Assembly: GCA_045106935.1 (NCBI GenBank)
Contig: JBGCFN010000018.1
Span: forward strand, 22,820 to 86,819
DNA length: 64,000 bases
From: Gammaproteobacteria bacterium
GTDB lineage: Bacteria > Pseudomonadota > Gammaproteobacteria > UBA4575
Direction of reading: 5' to 3'
A model generated the notes under the pieces. That model searched no databases. It saw only the letters and a program-made list of their open reading frames with translations, and was not told the origin of the DNA. The stretch's first letter is position 1. Every line of letters begins with the position of its first letter. Positions 12,518-25,360 of this stretch are shown here, in pieces. The position numbers and the translations under genes are program-made.

Positions 12518-14437
12518 CTATGCATCATGAGCGACTCGCGTATCTTGACTATCTTCTTGGGTAACTGCTTGGCTACGTGCTTTTAAATGGACTAACAATA
12601 ACGACACGGTAGCGGGCGTGACTCCCGCAATCCTTGACGCTTGACTGACCGTTTTGGGTTTAATATCTAATAATCTTTGTAGGGCTTCATTTGAGAGGCC
12701 TTTGACTAATCGATAGTTAAACGTATCAGGAATTTGTGTGTCTTCAAGACGTTTAGATTTCTCTATTTCGTCTGTTTGACGTTGCATATAACCCGCATAT
12801 TTCGCTTGTATATTAATTTGTTCAACGATCTCTTCATCGTCAAGATATGGTGCATATTTATCTAGCTCGGCGAATGTATGATACGAAACTTCAGGACGGC
12901 GTAATAAATTTGACATGCTGTATTCACGCTCTAAATAACTGCCAAATAATCGTTTCCCTTGTTCTTTTGTCACATGGCTTGGTTGAACAAAGGTTTTATC
13001 GAGTCGCACTTGTTCTTTCTCAAGAGTTTCTTTTTTCCAACAAAAACGCGTCCATCTTGTTTCATCAATCAACCCTAGATCATTCGCTATCGAGGTTAAT
13101 CTAAGATCTGCATTATCTTCGCGTAATATCAAACGGTACTCTGCTCGACTGGTAAACATACGGTAGGGTTCTTGTGTCCCTCGCGTGACTAGGTCATCAA
13201 TCATCACACCAATATAGGCTTGATCTCTACGTAACACGACGGCTTCTTGGTTTTGTACCGCGCGCGCAGCATTGATTCCCGCCATTAAACCCTGGGCAGC
13301 TGCCTCTTCATAGCCAGTGGTTCCGTTGATTTGTCCAGCAAAGTATAAGCCTGGCAACGACTTTGTTTCTAAACTCGGTTGCAGTCCAGTAGGATTAAAA
13401 TAGTCATACTCAATTGCGTAACCTGGGCGAGTGATATGACAATTTTCTAAACCTGCGATGGTATGCACCATGTCTAACTGCACTTCGTATGGCAGGCTAG
13501 TTGAAATCCCATTCGGGTAAACTTCATGAGTATGTAAGCCTTCAGGTTCAATAAAAACTTGATGACGATTACGATCTGCGAAGCGTGTGACTTTATCCTC
13601 AATAGACGGACAATAACGTGGGCCTACCCCCTTAATTGCTCCGCTGTACATTGGTGACTCATGCATTGAATCTCGAATAATTTGATGGCTTTGTTCATTG
13701 GTATAAGTGATGTGACAATTCACTTGTTCTGGGTGCTGATCGCGTGAACCCATAAATGAAAATACTGGGAATGGCTCATCACCAGGCTGCACTTCCATTT
13801 TCGAATAGTCTATCGACTTCCCGTCTATGCGTGGTGGCGTCCCGGTTTTTAGACGGTCTACATCTAACGGTTGCTCGCGCAATCTATCCGCAAGACGCAC
13901 AGAAGCAGAGTCACCTGCTCGTCCTGCTTGGTAAGTTTGAGGGCCGACAAATATTTTTCCGCCAAGAAAGGTCCCGACTGTAAGCACGACAGCTGACGAT
14001 TTGAATTTCAGCCCCATCCGCGTCACAACGCCAGCGACCTGCCCCTGCTCAACAATCAGGTCATCTACCTCTTGTTGGAATATAGATAAATTTGTTTGGT
14101 TTTCTACCATCTCGCGAATGGCTTGGCGGTAGAGTGCACGATCGGTCTGAGCACGCGTCGCTCGTACTGCGGGGCCTTTACGCTGATTGAGCACTCGAAA
14201 TTGAATACCCGCTAAATCGGCGGCGGTGGCCATGACACCTCCCATGGCATCAATTTCTCGCACAAGATGGCTCTTACCAATCCCGCCAATCGCCGGATTG
14301 CAGCTCATTTGGCCTATCGTCTCAATATTCTGAGTAAGTAGAAGTGTTCGTACGCCCATGCGCGCTGATGCCAATGCGGCCTCAGTACCAGCATGTCCGC
14401 CACCCACAACGATAACTTCAAATTCGTGCTGCATCAC
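12518..14437 (-). CDS. mnmG: tRNA uridine 5-carboxymethylaminomethyl modification enzyme
   Basis: [42 protein letters not shown]. Confidence 0.98.
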   Translation of the reverse strand: MMQHEFEVIVVGGGHAGTEAALASARMGVRTLLLTQNIETIGQMSCNPAIGGIGKSHLVREIDAMGGVMATAADLAGIQFRVLNQRKGPAVRATRAQTDRALYRQAIREMVENQTNLSIFQQEVDDLIVEQGQVAGVVTRMGLKFKSSAVVLTVGTFLGGKIFVGPQTYQAGRAGDSASVRLADRLREQPLDVDRLKTGTPPRIDGKSIDYSKMEVQPGDEPFPVFSFMGSRDQHPEQVNCHITYTNEQSHQIIRDSMHESPMYSGAIKGVGPRYCPSIEDKVTRFADRNRHQVFIEPEGLHTHEVYPNGISTSLPYEVQLDMVHTIAGLENCHITRPGYAIEYDYFNPTGLQPSLETKSLPGLYFAGQINGTTGYEEAAAQGLMAGINAARAVQNQEAVVLRRDQAYIGVMIDDLVTRGTQEPYRMFTSRAEYRLILREDNADLRLTSIANDLGLIDETRWTRFCWKKETLEKEQVRLDKTFVQPSHVTKEQGKRLFGSYLEREYSMSNLLRRPEVSYHTFAELDKYAPYLDDEEIVEQINIQAKYAGYMQRQTDEIEKSKRLEDTQIPDTFNYRLVKGLSNEALQRLLDIKPKTVSQASRIAGVTPATVSLLLVHLKARSQAVTQEDSQDTRVAHDA

Positions 14438-14491
14438 TTTGATTTATATAATGTAATTTTTGCTTGGGCAGAAATGATACAGCACCGGCGC

Positions 14492-15817
14492 TTACTTGCC
14501 GATACAAAATTCGCGAAATACGTAGTCAAGCAAGTCATCAGGTGTAAATTCACCCGTAATTTCACCTAGAATTTGTTGGGCAACCCTTAATTCTTCTGCG
14601 GCGAGCTCCAAGGGGCTTAAATCATGAATTTGTTTTAAGGCGAGTTGAAAATGCGTAAGACACCTTCTTAAGGCGTCTAGGTGTCTTGCTCTTGCAGAAA
14701 ATGGAGCTTGCTGCTCGCTGGGCTGTATGTGTAATCGCTGCTGAATTTCCTCACGTAATCTATCTAAGCCCTGACCAGTTTTGGCAGAAATTAATAATGC
14801 ATTATTCGGTAGGTTAATTTGCCCAGAGAGCAAATCACTTTTATTCACCACAATAATTTCATTTTCATTGATATCTTCAAGTGGGGATGCCAACGATAAT
14901 TCTGTTCCATCGTGTACATGAATGATGGCATCTGCCAACTCAATCGCTGATTGTGCGCGAACAATACCTTCTTGTTCTACTTGCTCGGCATGTTCGCGTA
15001 TACCAGCTGTGTCTAATAAACGAATAGGTACGCCATTTAATTCCATATCAATTGACACAACATCTCTAGTGGTACCAGGGACATTTGTAACAATGGCGCG
15101 ATCCTGAGCACATAGTGCATTGAATAGTGATGACTTGCCGACATTAGGGCGACCCGTTAATACAAGTGTAAATCCCTTTTGTAGCTGGGCACCCTTTTGT
15201 GCCAAATCAAATAAGTTTTCTACTTTTGAATTTAAAGAGCTTAGTTTATTGCTGACGACTTCTCTGGCTTCAGTTTCAATATCTTCTTCAGAAAAATCCA
15301 AGGATGCTTCTATGTGTGTTCGAATCTGGATAAGCTGATTCAAAGTTTCCTGGACCTGCTGGGAAAACTTTCCCTGCATCGATTGTACTGCTGATTTGGC
15401 AGCTTGCTCAGAACCGCTCGCAATTAAATCTGCGATTGCCTCTAGCTGTGTTAAGTCAAGCTTGCCATTAATAAATGCACGTTCACTAAATTCACCGGCC
15501 AGTGCCTGACGAGCCCCGTGTTGGTTCACGCAGTTAATAATTTGCTGACAAACATACGGATTCCCATGTGGCTGTAGTTCCACCACATCTTCACCTGTAA
15601 ATGAATTAGGCGCCGGAAAATAAATAGCAATGCCTTGATCAATTACCTCATTGGTGTGATCAAAGAATTCTGAGAAATGCGCATATCGCGCAGTGAGTTT
15701 TTTATGTGTGATTGCTTTTGCAATCGCTAACGCCTGTGATCCAGAGATTCGTATAATTCCTACGCTAGCATTTCCACCGGGAGTTGCTAGCGCACAAATT
15801 GTTTCTGCGTTTGACAC
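14492..15817 (-). CDS. mnmE: tRNA modification GTPase
   Basis: GRPNVGKSSL, GTTRD, DTAG, NKSD, C-terminal FCIGK. Confidence 0.98.
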   Translation of the reverse strand: MSNAETICALATPGGNASVGIIRISGSQALAIAKAITHKKLTARYAHFSEFFDHTNEVIDQGIAIYFPAPNSFTGEDVVELQPHGNPYVCQQIINCVNQHGARQALAGEFSERAFINGKLDLTQLEAIADLIASGSEQAAKSAVQSMQGKFSQQVQETLNQLIQIRTHIEASLDFSEEDIETEAREVVSNKLSSLNSKVENLFDLAQKGAQLQKGFTLVLTGRPNVGKSSLFNALCAQDRAIVTNVPGTTRDVVSIDMELNGVPIRLLDTAGIREHAEQVEQEGIVRAQSAIELADAIIHVHDGTELSLASPLEDINENEIIVVNKSDLLSGQINLPNNALLISAKTGQGLDRLREEIQQRLHIQPSEQQAPFSARARHLDALRRCLTHFQLALKQIHDLSPLELAAEELRVAQQILGEITGEFTPDDLLDYVFREFCIGK

Positions 15818-15819
15818 GA

Positions 15820-17484
15820 CTAGTCGCTTGCAAATTTACGCGTGATGTACCACTGCTGGGCAATCGAAAGTAAGTTATTTACAAACCAATATAGAACTAA
15901 ACCTGCTGGGAAAAATGCCATGAATACTGACATAAACACCGGCATAATCATGAAGATCTTTTCTTGCATCGGATCTGGCGGTCTAGGGTTAAGTTTAAAT
16001 TGAATAAACATAGAGATACCCATTAACAACGGCAAGATAAACAATGGATCTTTAGATGAAAGATCCTGAACCCAAAGCATGAAGGGCGCATGACGCATTT
16101 CAACACTTTCAATTAATACCCAATATAGCGATAAAAATACTGGCATTTGAATAAGAATAGGTAAACAACCTCCAAGAGGGTTTATCTTTTCTTTCTTATA
16201 TAAATCCCACATAGCAGCATTTAACTTTTGTTTGTCATCGCCATAACGCTCACGAAGAGAAACCATTTTCGGTTGCACTTTGCGCATTCGAGCCATTGAC
16301 TTATAACTTGCTGCGGATAAACGATAGAACACTAATTTAATTAATAGTGTGACTAAAATAATAGACCAGCCCCAGTTTCCAACATACTGGTGGATATAAT
16401 CTAATATCCAAAATAACGGTTTACACAGTGGTGTAAACATACCGTAGTCTGTCGTGAGTTCTAAGCCAGGCTGAATTTGTTCGATTCGTTTTTGAAGCTT
16501 AGGGCCTGTGTACAGTCGGCTTTTAAATTCAGCAGTTTCTCCAGGCGCTACTCTTAACGCTTCTGACCTCAGCCCGATAATGTAATCTGAGCCAACGGCA
16601 TTTTTCACTACATTGGTATAATAAAAATTATTTTCAAATTCTTCGGCTAGCCATGCTGAGAAGAAATAATGCTGGAGCATCGCAGCCCATCCACCGGTGA
16701 TATTTTTTTCTAATGGCTCTTCAGCCATATCATCGAAAGATACTTTTTCATATTTAGTATCGTAATAAGCACCGCCGGTATACGTTGGCAGTCGTAATAA
16801 GCTTCTTTCTCCACTCACATAGCTGTGACGTAATTGACGATACTGTCTGCCTACCCAATCTTGTTGGCCTTCGTTAGTAATACTGTAATCAACTTCAATT
16901 AAAAACTTGTCTCTTTGAAAGCGATACGTTTTAGTTACGACAACATTATTATCACTGCGCCAGGTAAACGGGACAATTAGTTCATTCTTCCCTTCTGCTA
17001 ATACATATCTGTTATTTTCAGCTCGATAAAGGTTGTGGTGGTTTGGTGCTAATGGGCCAACATCAACGTTAGTCACGCGATCATGCAATAAACCTGATTG
17101 TGCGATGTAAGTTTTAGCTTCGTTATCTAATAAAACTAATGGCTGGTCTTTATGGTCGTTATCGACTGGATAGGTTTTTAATTCTGCTCGATGTATATCT
17201 GCGCCACGCGTGTTTATATGTAATGTAAAAACATCTGTTTCTACCATGACATACTCATTATGCTCGCCCGCTTTATTGTTGCTTCCCGAATCTACTTTTG
17301 TAGGTGTCGTAGTCGAACTTGTGGCTTGTGGAACATCATTTTCAACGTTGGCAACTGAAGGTGACGCGAATTGTTCTGTTACAGGTGCTTCTACCACCGG
17401 TGTATTTTCTCGTGACCAAGAACTCCACAATAAATAAGATACCATTAACAGTGATATGTATAAAAAGAATCGTTGATTATCCAT
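15820..17484 (-). CDS. yidC: Membrane protein insertase YidC
   Basis: GNWGWSII, NPLGGCLPILIQMP, PAGLVLYW. Confidence 0.98.
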   Translation of the reverse strand: MDNQRFFLYISLLMVSYLLWSSWSRENTPVVEAPVTEQFASPSVANVENDVPQATSSTTTPTKVDSGSNNKAGEHNEYVMVETDVFTLHINTRGADIHRAELKTYPVDNDHKDQPLVLLDNEAKTYIAQSGLLHDRVTNVDVGPLAPNHHNLYRAENNRYVLAEGKNELIVPFTWRSDNNVVVTKTYRFQRDKFLIEVDYSITNEGQQDWVGRQYRQLRHSYVSGERSLLRLPTYTGGAYYDTKYEKVSFDDMAEEPLEKNITGGWAAMLQHYFFSAWLAEEFENNFYYTNVVKNAVGSDYIIGLRSEALRVAPGETAEFKSRLYTGPKLQKRIEQIQPGLELTTDYGMFTPLCKPLFWILDYIHQYVGNWGWSIILVTLLIKLVFYRLSAASYKSMARMRKVQPKMVSLRERYGDDKQKLNAAMWDLYKKEKINPLGGCLPILIQMPVFLSLYWVLIESVEMRHAPFMLWVQDLSSKDPLFILPLLMGISMFIQFKLNPRPPDPMQEKIFMIMPVFMSVFMAFFPAGLVLYWFVNNLLSIAQQWYITRKFASD

Positions 17485-17717
17485 TAGTTTTTATCCATGA
17501 TTTTTTCCGGTACAGGATCATGACCGCCTGTATGGAAAGGATGACATTTTGATATTCTTTTAATTGTGAGATACAAACCCTTCAATGAGCCGTGAGTTTG
17601 GATAGCCTCTAATGCGTATTGCGAACAACTTGGTGAAAAACGACAGTGTGGCCCCAGCATTGGGCTTATACACATCTGATAGAAACGGATGATCGCGATA
17701 AAAATTTTATTCAGCAT
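17484..17717 (-). CDS. yidD: Membrane protein insertion efficiency factor
   Basis: [23 protein letters not shown]; lies between rnpA and yidC. Confidence 0.95.
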   Translation of the reverse strand: MLNKIFIAIIRFYQMCISPMLGPHCRFSPSCSQYALEAIQTHGSLKGLYLTIKRISKCHPFHTGGHDPVPEKIMDKN

Positions 17718-18072
17718 GTGTATTTAAAAACTTCCAGTGTTTCTGTAGTTTCTTAGAGAGTGACTGGTTGATTATATTCCCGCAATTTTTCTTACATATT
17801 ACCACCACATCAAATGTGCTAATAATCTGTTTATTTGTACGGAAACTTTCTCGAACAATTCGTTTTAAGCGATTCCTACCTACAGCATTAGGAATGTTTT
17901 TCTTACTTACTATTACACCTAGTCTAGGACCAGATAATTGATTGGGTCTTGCGAGTATCGTGTAGGCTGAATCAGCAGATTTAATTGGCTTTGCAAATAC
18001 GTTTTGGAAGTCTTTCGAGGATAACAAGCGATCCTGTTTGGAAAAACTATTAAGCCGGGAATTAATAAGCAA
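17707..18072 (-). CDS. rnpA: RNase P protein component
   Basis: [23 protein letters not shown]. Confidence 0.95.
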   Translation of the reverse strand: MLINSRLNSFSKQDRLLSSKDFQNVFAKPIKSADSAYTILARPNQLSGPRLGVIVSKKNIPNAVGRNRLKRIVRESFRTNKQIISTFDVVVICKKNCGNIINQSLSKKLQKHWKFLNTHAE

Positions 18073-18078
18073 TCGTGA

Positions 18079-18213
18079 TTATGGACAGAGTTGAGCTCTT
18101 CCTTTGGCTCTACGTGCTCTAATGACGGCACGGCCACCACGAGTTTTCATTCGTGCTCTGAATCCATGCGTACGTGCACGGCGTAAATTACTTGGTTGAA
18201 ACGTCCTTTTCAC
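18079..18213 (-). CDS. rpmH: 50S ribosomal protein L34
   Basis: Below the ORF-track size cutoff. GTG start at 18213 gives [44 protein letters not shown] (44 aa). Confidence 0.97.
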   Translation of the reverse strand: MKRTFQPSNLRRARTHGFRARMKTRGGRAVIRARRAKGRAQLCP

Positions 18214-18256
18214 GACAAATACCTGATTCTGATGATTATATATTGAAGGGGCGCAA

Positions 18257-18285
18257 ACATTAATTGCCAGATGCTATTTTGTCAA
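18257..18285 (-). promoter_or_regulatory. Putative sigma70 promoter for rpmH-rnpA-yidD-yidC
   Basis: Minus strand TTGACA-17 nt-TAATGT. Confidence 0.6.
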
Positions 18286-18308
18286 CGTATTTCGTAAGTC
18301 ATTATAAT
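18279..18308 (+). promoter_or_regulatory. Putative sigma70 promoter for dnaA
   Basis: TTGTCA-18 nt-TATAAT; a second TATAAT lies at 18335-18340. Confidence 0.55.
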
Positions 18309-18397
18309 ACTGTTTTAGTCTCTCGCTAGAATATTATAATGAATAATTCAGCCCTAGGCTGTTAAATTAGAATCACTCAACCCCATATCAAATAATA

Positions 18398-19738
18398 ATG
18401 ACAAGCCCTCTTTGGAACCTTTGTGTGCGCCAGCTCGAATCAGAGTTATCTGAACAACTCTTGAATACATGGATTCGCCCTCTTCAAGCGCAGGAACAAG
18501 ACCAAATTCTGACACTGTTAGCTCCAAACCGGTTTGTCTTGGATTGGGTAAATGATCACTATTTTGAGAGAATTGGGCAATTGGTAGAGTCAATTGGTAA
18601 AGAGTCAGGCACAACTCAAGTGACCATCAGCATCGGGAGCCGAAACGCCAATACCGCCCCGCCCCCTAGTTTACAGATGTCGCCACAACCGCCCGCGGCA
18701 CCAAGTAATAAAGCGTATACGCACAACTTAAATCAAGATTTTACTTTTGACAGCTTTGTCGAGGGCAAATCAAATGAATTAGCCAAGGCAGCATCAGTAC
18801 AAGTAGCCAATCATTCAGGCAAAGCTTATAACCCGCTTTTACTCTATGGAGGTGTGGGCTTAGGAAAAACGCACTTAATGCATGCCATTGGCAATCAAAT
18901 TTTGGCACTGAATCCTCAGGCAAAGGTTGTTTACTTGCACTCAGAACGTTTTGTTCAGGATATGGTTAAAGCCTTACAACATAACGCGATCGACGAATTT
19001 AAGCGACATTACCGTTCAGTTGATGCGCTTTTAATAGATGATATCCAGTTTTTTGCTGGTAAAGAGCGTTCTCAAGAAGAGTTTTTTCATACTTTTAACG
19101 CATTACTAGAAGGTCAGCAGCAAATTATTATGACCTGTGATCGTTACCCAAAAGAACTCGACGGATTAGAAGAGCGATTAAAATCTCGTTTCGGTTGGGG
19201 TTTGTCCCAGGCAATTGAGCCGCCAGAATTAGAAACAAGAGTTGCGATTATGCAAAGTAAAGCAGAAGCGGTGAATGTCGATTTACCTCAAGATGTTGCT
19301 TTCTTTATTGCCAAACGCATTCGCTCAAACATTAGAGAATTGGAAGGCGCGTTACGCCGAGTATTGGCTAACTCCCAGTTTACCGGGGAAATGATTACTT
19401 TAGAGTTTGCAAAAGAAGCCTTACACGATTTGATCACTTTACAAGAAAAGTTGGTCACCATTGAAAACATACAAAAAACGGTGGCTGAATATTATAAAAT
19501 TCGTGTCTCAGATTTGAATTCTGCGCGGCGCACACGATCAATTACTAGGCCCAGACAAATTGCGATGGCATTAGCAAAAGAGGTGACCAATCACAGCTTG
19601 CCAGAAATTGGTGAAGCATTTGGTGGACGTGACCACACCACTGTACTTCACGCTTGTCGCAAAACAAAAGAATTAAGGCAAAGTGACTTTAAAATAAATG
19701 ACGACTATGTGAATCTATTACGTATACTTAGCACCTAA
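18398..19738 (+). CDS. dnaA: Chromosomal replication initiator DnaA
   Basis: [36 protein letters not shown]. Confidence 0.99.
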   Translation: MTSPLWNLCVRQLESELSEQLLNTWIRPLQAQEQDQILTLLAPNRFVLDWVNDHYFERIGQLVESIGKESGTTQVTISIGSRNANTAPPPSLQMSPQPPAAPSNKAYTHNLNQDFTFDSFVEGKSNELAKAASVQVANHSGKAYNPLLLYGGVGLGKTHLMHAIGNQILALNPQAKVVYLHSERFVQDMVKALQHNAIDEFKRHYRSVDALLIDDIQFFAGKERSQEEFFHTFNALLEGQQQIIMTCDRYPKELDGLEERLKSRFGWGLSQAIEPPELETRVAIMQSKAEAVNVDLPQDVAFFIAKRIRSNIRELEGALRRVLANSQFTGEMITLEFAKEALHDLITLQEKLVTIENIQKTVAEYYKIRVSDLNSARRTRSITRPRQIAMALAKEVTNHSLPEIGEAFGGRDHTTVLHACRKTKELRQSDFKINDDYVNLLRILST

Positions 19739-19952
19739 CTTGTGGATAAGTCGTTCACATTTACTGGATAACTATAGTTCATCAAGTTTAAAATTCGAGT
19801 TTACTAAGTTATGGTCAATAACGAATTAGATATCCACAGCTTATACATTCAATAACCAACTGATATTAATAGTTTAAATGTTGATATCCACAGAAAATAG
19901 CCTCTATAATAACAATAATCTTATATATCAAAAAATATATTATTAAAGACTT
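19739..19952. other. Probable oriC (dnaA-dnaN intergenic region)
   Basis: Perfect DnaA box TGTGGATAA at 19741-19749; one-mismatch boxes ATATCCACA at 19830-19838 and 19884-19892; weaker boxes near 19763 and 19841; AT-rich tract 19904-19952. Gene orientation flips around dnaA and parS sites lie nearby. Confidence 0.8.
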
Positions 19953-21047
19953 ATGAAGTTTAGTATTCAGAGAGAAGAATTACTTAAACCTGTCCAACTG
20001 ATTGTTGGCGCAGTTGAGCGTAGACAGACCATGCCCATTCTTTCTAACTTTTTGTTTAGAAATGTTAATGGAAGATTAGTAATTACTGCGACTGATTTAG
20101 AATTAGAAGTCTCAGCAACTATCGATATCACTCCTGAAGGTGATCCAGTCACTGTGCCAGGTCGTAAATTATTAGATATATGTAAATCATTACCCGAAGG
20201 TAGTGACATTCAATTTTCATTTAATGGAGAAAAAGCAGAAATTAGATCTGCAAAAAGTCGTTTTTCATTAGCTACGTTAGCAGCAAATGAATTTCCATTG
20301 GTGGATGAGATTGCAGTAGACCAAACTATTTCAGTTAATAAAGAACTACTTCATTCATTGATTGAAGACACATCGTTTGCAATGGCTCAGCAAGATGTAC
20401 GTTATTATTTGAATGGATTAATGATGGAAGCTGACAGTGGAAAGTTAAGAACAGTTGCCACTGATGGTCATCGATTATCGATGGCAGATACAGAATTAGA
20501 TAGCTCAGTTCCGGATAGACAAGTCATTGTGCCGAAAAAAGCGGTACAAGAATTTATGCGTATTTTATCTGCATCAACGGGAAGTGTAGAGCTATCGTTT
20601 AGTCAAAATCATTTACAAGCAAATTTTGGTGATATCCGATTTGTCACTAAATTAATTGATGGAAAATTTCCTGACTATCAGCGCGTTGTTCCAGAAGGAC
20701 ATCAGTATATTGCTTCAATAGAACGAGAAATTTTGCGTGCTTGTTTAATGCGTGCTTCTATTTTGAGTAATGAAAAGTATCGTGGTGTTCGCCTAGGATT
20801 TAGTGAAAATCTTCTTAAAATACAAGCACATAACCCTGAACAGGAAGAAGCAGAAGAAGAGCTAGATATTTCTTACAGTGGTCCAGAATTAGAAATTGGC
20901 TTTAATGTGAGTTATTTGGTCGATGTATTAAATACGATTAAGTCCAATGAAGTTCATTTCTATCTTCAAGATACTAACAGCAGTCTACTTATTGTTTGTC
21001 CAGAAATGGAAAACCGCAAGTACGTCGTCATGCCTATGCGGCTCTAA
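19953..21047 (+). CDS. dnaN: DNA polymerase III beta sliding clamp
   Basis: ATDLE, QQDVRYYLNG, ATDGHRL, C-terminal VVMPMRL. Confidence 0.99.
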   Translation: MKFSIQREELLKPVQLIVGAVERRQTMPILSNFLFRNVNGRLVITATDLELEVSATIDITPEGDPVTVPGRKLLDICKSLPEGSDIQFSFNGEKAEIRSAKSRFSLATLAANEFPLVDEIAVDQTISVNKELLHSLIEDTSFAMAQQDVRYYLNGLMMEADSGKLRTVATDGHRLSMADTELDSSVPDRQVIVPKKAVQEFMRILSASTGSVELSFSQNHLQANFGDIRFVTKLIDGKFPDYQRVVPEGHQYIASIEREILRACLMRASILSNEKYRGVRLGFSENLLKIQAHNPEQEEAEEELDISYSGPELEIGFNVSYLVDVLNTIKSNEVHFYLQDTNSSLLIVCPEMENRKYVVMPMRL

Positions 21048-21064
21048 TTTAGTTATTAAATTAG

Positions 21065-22135
21065 ATGTGGTTGCAGCAATTGCAGGCGCAAGGACTGCGA
21101 TCTTTTTCTGAATGCGAATTGTCGTTTTCTCCTGGTATTAACGTTATCTATGGCGATAATGGAGCTGGTAAAACAAGCATTTTAGAAGGTATCAGCGTTC
21201 TTAGCAGCGGTAAAAGTTTTCGTACTAGTAAAGTTAGTAATATCATCACCAATGGTCAAGCTGAGCTAGTGTTGTTTGGTGAAGTTTCTAATTTAGAACA
21301 AATAATTCATTTAGGTGCACAAATTGGTCCTGGTTTAAAAGAATTGCGACTAAATCGGGAAAAAGTAAATAAATGGTCAGAATTAGCTAAAAATCTACCT
21401 GTTTTAGAACTTCATCCAGAATCTTATTTGTTAATCACTGGTGGCCCGGTTGAAAGAAGGAAGTTTCTAAATTGGGGAATGTTCCACGTGGAACAAAATT
21501 ATGCTCAAACCTGGTCTGAATATTCTAGAGTTTTGAAACAAAGGAATGTCTGTCTAAAAAATAAAGAAATTAAACAAGCTCGTCATTGGCATCAAAGCTT
21601 AGCTGAGCTTGGAGCTGTCATTTCCCAAGCATTGCAACAATATACCCTTGAAATATCTCCTTATATTGATGAAATGCTGGATATTTTTGAGTTCAGCGAG
21701 AAAGTAGAGCTAATTTATTCTCCTGGGTGGGATCAACATTTTAGTCTTGAAGAACTGCTGGATAGAGAGCTACAGGCTAATGAAATGCCGCTATCTACAC
21801 AAAGTGGGCCTCATCGCGGGGATTTAAAAATAAGTTGGCAGGGAAAACCTTTTTCTAAAACAAGTTCTCGTGGACAACAAAAAGTACTGTCGATAGCTTT
21901 AAAACTTGCTCAGGCCAAATTACTTGAGCACAAGTATGAAAAATCGTCTGTTTACCTGTTGGATGAGTTGCCTGCCGAGCTTGATGATAAACGTAGGAAA
22001 ATTGCTCTAGATATCTTAGCCAAACTAGATGCCCAAGTGATAATTTCTGCAGTTTCTAGAGACTCTATGAAGTGTTTAGATGATGAAGTTAAATGGTTCC
22101 ACGTGAAACATCGTCACGTTTCATCAGTGGTATAA
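21065..22135 (+). CDS. recF: DNA replication/repair protein RecF
   Basis: GDNGAGKTSILE, GPHRGDL, SRGQQK, LLDELPAELD. Confidence 0.96.
   Translation: MWLQQLQAQGLRSFSECELSFSPGINVIYGDNGAGKTSILEGISVLSSGKSFRTSKVSNIITNGQAELVLFGEVSNLEQIIHLGAQIGPGLKELRLNREKVNKWSELAKNLPVLELHPESYLLITGGPVERRKFLNWGMFHVEQNYAQTWSEYSRVLKQRNVCLKNKEIKQARHWHQSLAELGAVISQALQQYTLEISPYIDEMLDIFEFSEKVELIYSPGWDQHFSLEELLDRELQANEMPLSTQSGPHRGDLKISWQGKPFSKTSSRGQQKVLSIALKLAQAKLLEHKYEKSSVYLLDELPAELDDKRRKIALDILAKLDAQVIISAVSRDSMKCLDDEVKWFHVKHRHVSSVV
21480..21495. promoter_or_regulatory. parS site (perfect palindrome) inside recF
   Basis: TGTTCCACGTGGAACA. Confidence 0.9.
22095..22110. promoter_or_regulatory. parS site inside the 3' end of recF
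   Basis: GGTTCCACGTGAAACA, one mismatch to TGTTNCACGTGAAACA. Confidence 0.8.
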
Positions 22136-22136
22136 T
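22128..22136 (+). promoter_or_regulatory. Extended -10 element, putative gyrB promoter
   Basis: TGGTATAAT (TGnTATAAT) ending 28 nt before the gyrB ATG. Confidence 0.6.
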
Positions 22137-22158
22137 GATTAATTAACAAATTAGATAA

Positions 22159-24582
<2,424 letters not shown>

Positions 24583-24733
24583 ATAAACACTGAATTGGTC
24601 ATAAATTACACCTTCGTCGCCTGAATTATAGAGGCTATGACGGTTAATATGGCAGCTAAATTGGAAGTGTGGAACATTTCAACTTCAACCCAAATGGGTG
24701 TGAGTTCATCAGATGAAAATGAGGTATTCCACA

Positions 24734-25357
24734 ATGACACATAAACTATTAGTTTTATTTATCTTATTGATGTTTTTTCCTGTTAATAGCTTGGCAGAAA
24801 CAATATTTGTAACGGATAGTTTGAAACTAAAATTACGTGTGACAGCAAGTAATGATGCTGAGGTCGTCACCACGTTAGATAGTGGACAAAAGCTTACATT
24901 AATTGAGAAACAAAAAAGGTTTACACAAGTAAGAACCAGTGATGGAAAACAGGGCTGGGTACAATCATGGTTTTTGACCGATAAACCACCTGCTACCTAT
25001 AAAGTTGCAAGCTTAACGGCAGAAAATGAATCGTTGAAAAATAAGTTAACTACCGCAACATCTAAACTTAACAACTTTGATAGCGAAACATCAAAAGAGA
25101 ATGATCAATTAAAAACGACAGTGGCATCGCTTGCTAATAAAATAGAAAGTTTGACCGAAAAAAGAAATAATCTAGAGTCAAAATTAGAGACTCAAGCCAG
25201 TGAACTTGCCAAGTATGAATTTGCTGAGAAATATAATATAAATTTAATCATCCTTTTATTCTTTTTATTCTCATTTACTGCTGGGGTAGTTTGCTACCGT
25301 ATTTGGTCTGGTATGCAAGAAAGAAAAAGATTGTGGGGATATCAGTTAGCACATTAA
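24734..25357 (+). CDS. SH3 domain / coiled-coil / C-terminal TM protein (YgiM-like)
   Basis: Signal peptide (…NSLA-ET), SH3b-type VRT..GKQGWV, coiled coil, C-terminal TM helix. Start placed at ATG 24734 after GAGG; the ORF track starts at 24713. Confidence 0.75.
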   Translation: MTHKLLVLFILLMFFPVNSLAETIFVTDSLKLKLRVTASNDAEVVTTLDSGQKLTLIEKQKRFTQVRTSDGKQGWVQSWFLTDKPPATYKVASLTAENESLKNKLTTATSKLNNFDSETSKENDQLKTTVASLANKIESLTEKRNNLESKLETQASELAKYEFAEKYNINLIILLFFLFSFTAGVVCYRIWSGMQERKRLWGYQLAH

Positions 25358-25360
25358 TTT

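Noticed and set aside
14438-14491. Enteric-type oriC next to mnmG
   Set aside because: The gap is only 54 bp and has no DnaA boxes or GATC cluster.
17919-18140. 73-aa minus-strand ORF spanning rpmH/rnpA
   Set aside because: Wrong frame; the real gene here is the 44-aa rpmH at 18079-18213.
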